From: Chiloscyllium plagiosum
Taxonomy: Eukaryota
Assembly (NCBI RefSeq): GCF_004010195.1
Contig: NC_057720.1
Location: forward strand, 36,556,516 to 36,608,285
Direction of reading: 5' to 3'
DNA length: 51,770 nt
Below the pieces are notes generated by a model. The model was not told the DNA's origin. It was given only the letters and a program-made list of their open reading frames with translations, and made no database searches. The position numbers and the translations under genes were made by a program. The stretch's first letter is position 1; each line of letters opens with the position of its first letter. This document shows positions 49,458 to 51,770 of the stretch, in pieces.

Positions 49458-49553
49458 TAGAGTCATAGAGATGTACAGCACGGAAACAGACCCTTCGGTT
49501 CAACCCGTCCATGCCGATCAGATATCACAACCCAATCTAGTCCCAGCTGCCAG
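49458..49553 (-). mobile_element. Very short CR1 3' tail insertion
   Basis: 'tagagtcatagagatgtacagcacggaaacagacccttcgg...', near-identical to 10349-10445. Confidence 0.85.
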
Positions 49554-49892
49554 CATAATTCCAATTGTTCTTTGTAGACAATGACACAAATGATCTCATG
49601 TCAAGAACCCCACCCTTTTTGCCCCCTGAGCCAAAGTAGATGATTCCTCTACTTTGCAGAGATCACTTAAATGCTTGCAGTACAATTGTTATTTTACAAG
49701 AAATTAGACTTCATAGAATCGCTACAGTGCAGAAGGTCAAAAGGACTTAGCACAGAGACAGCTATTTTGGTTCAAAAATGTTCACAGGATAGAAGTTGAT
49801 CACAAACACAAGAACTACCTGAATGGGGAGCTAGCTGGAGCTAGATGTCCAGTAAGATGCCCAAATCTCCACTTCAATAATAAAAACTCAAT

Positions 49893-50400
49893 TGTAGATG
49901 CTGAAAATCAGAAACAAAAACAGAAAGCTCAATAGTCTGGCAGCATCGGTGGAGACAAAATCATGAGTTAACACTGTGGGTCCAGTGACCCTTCCTCAGA
50001 ATTGGTAGTGGATAGGAAAATGTTGGTTTTTATGCAGAATATAGGGTGGAGTAAGGATTAGATGAAAAAGGCAGACATAGAGCCCAACGAGACCGAAGGA
50101 CAGTTAGACAAAGAGTGGATAACGATCAGGTCAGGAGGATGAATAGCTATTAATGGGGACTGTTAGTGACTAACAATGGATTGCGTGTAATAGCAGACTA
50201 TGTGATAACCAGGCCTCTGGTGTATGGGGGTTGGAGTAAGGATATGGGAGAAGCTCAAGCCCTGAAGGAAGCAGACTTCCCAAGTGGAAAATGAGATGGT
50301 GTTCTTCCAGCTTTTGCTGAGCTTCACTGCAGCACTGAAGCAAGCTTGAGACAGATGTTGGCCAGTGAACACAGCGGGGTGTTAAACTGGCAGGCAACTA
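49893..50400 (-). mobile_element. Neptune-like Penelope 3' end (GIY-YIG C-terminus and terminal repeat)
   Basis: ORF 50170-50397 QQKLEEHHLIFHLGSLLPSGL (Neptune RKLEE.HLIF.LG.L.P.GLN motif); degenerate hammerhead 'ctgaggaagggtcactggaccc' on the minus strand at ~49978-49999. Confidence 0.8.
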
Positions 50401-51678
50401 GAAACTCTTTTTTGGTTCCACTTCAATAATGTTCAGAAGTGTGACATGAAGGTACTGACAGTTTATAATTACATCTCAAATTTACTATGGTGACCGAAGA
50501 AAAAGGCAACATTGCCTGTGGACTGGCTGAAAAACTGAACTTTGCTCAATTCTAGGGTCTGGAGTTGTCACTGGATCAGGACCTAAAGCAAGTATGCTGT
50601 GCATCTCTATGACTCTTTAAGTGCAAGCATGAGACTAATCTAATATTGATCTTATATTGGATACTGCCAACTTGTTTACAAATCTTTCAGGTCACTGATG
50701 AATACTGCTCATCATCCACTGCCAAGTAGAAGAGACTGAAGTCCCCACACAATCGTACAGTTTTGCTTAACCTGGACAGTTGAGTTGTTCAGAGTTAAAG
50801 TTGTCACTAGCACATTTCTCGCCAGCTTCTTTACTTCCTCTTCAACCAGTGTTGCAATATATTTTCTATATGCTGATTAAGATGTCTGCTTATATACCAT
50901 TATGCTTTCTTAACTATCCTTGAAAAGATGTTTTAATTGCACTTATGCTGAGCAAAGCTGTTGGCTGTTTCAACTTGGAAAACATGTTTACAGCCTAAAC
51001 TCTATTTGCAAAGTCAGAGTTTGTCCACTAACGTTGCAACAAGTTATCTCATCAAATCAATGACTAACTTGATGTATTTGCCCTGGCACTCAATTTCTCC
51101 ACAAGTTTAACCTCACTGTTTCTAAACGAGCAGTGCTTGCCAATAAGAATTAATTACTTAATTCACTCTTACACACGTCTCTACCTATAATGGAGCAATC
51201 TGCAGCCATATTAAAATTTTGAACAAATGATCATTTGCCTTGTTGGGAACACAGTTACAGTGCCACACATCTAGGCTATTTTAGTTTCCTGAGAAAGCAC
51301 AAAAATATTGTTTCTCTCATTTGAATTGCCTCATTGCAAATCTGGACTTCTTCACTTTCACCTTCAAGTTCCAAAAGGAGTCCATTCTTTCAATATTTAA
51401 CTGAGTGGTTCATGTCCCCTTCCACATTGAGCTTTCAAAATATCCAGTAGGTCAGCCATATTGCCCATTCACAACTTTGACACTAACACGATAAACACTT
51501 CACTACACTCTATAATTTTTTTTTCTGCGCAGAGTCTTAAGCACAGTGATGATTCAGCTGGCAAGGCTAGAATGATCATTTTAGCCTGGACAAAAAGATG
51601 AGAAAACTTTAAATTTTAAAATGAAGGAGGTATTGACAATTATATTTGTGTGTCCCAAGCTCAGTATCAGAAACAATG

Positions 51679-51770
51679 ATTTGGAGATGCTGGTGTTGGA
51701 CTGGGGTGTACAAAGTTAAAAATCACACAACACCAGGTTATAGTCCAAGAGGTTTAATTGGAAGAACGCC
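51679..51770 (-). mobile_element. Probable terminal fragment of another Penelope-like family, at window end
   Basis: 'ttggagatgctggtgttggactggggtgtacaaagttaaaaatcacacaacaccaggttatagtcc', recognised from memory as a shark repeat end; shares 'agatgctgg' with the other termini. Confidence 0.4.

Overview
Vertebrate genomic DNA, almost certainly from a shark or ray, inferred from abundant HE1-type V-SINEs, HER1/CR1 LINEs, a DeuSINE and Penelope-like elements. Most ORFs in the supplied track are decayed transposon fragments or noise. Two convergent host genes can be built from splice signals. (1) A minus-strand gene for a cysteine-free type-I membrane mucin-like protein that I cannot name. It has four in-phase exons: 30757-30218, 29167-28868, 22915-22752 (TM) and 16173-16126 (tail DDMMEEDTPLSLYSY*). 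Its signal-peptide exon was not found in the window. (2) A probable plus-strand terminal exon at 5651-5790 encoding an acidic C-terminus (...DEDFSVDLGGLSDNPPELTLSDLS*) of an unidentified gene. The most striking non-genic signal is a family of 70-220 bp ORF-less elements derived from Penelope (Neptune-like) termini. They carry a minimal hammerhead-ribozyme core (CUGANGA-A-GGGC-UUAU-GCCC-GAAAC-GUC), four copies have 11-16 bp target-site duplications, and two copies are fold-back palindromes with a hammerhead-derived core on each strand. A 1-kb inverted Penelope fragment sits ~100 nt from the TM exon acceptor. All calls were made by eye with no database searches; exon and TSD coordinates were counted base by base, while transposon boundaries are approximate.
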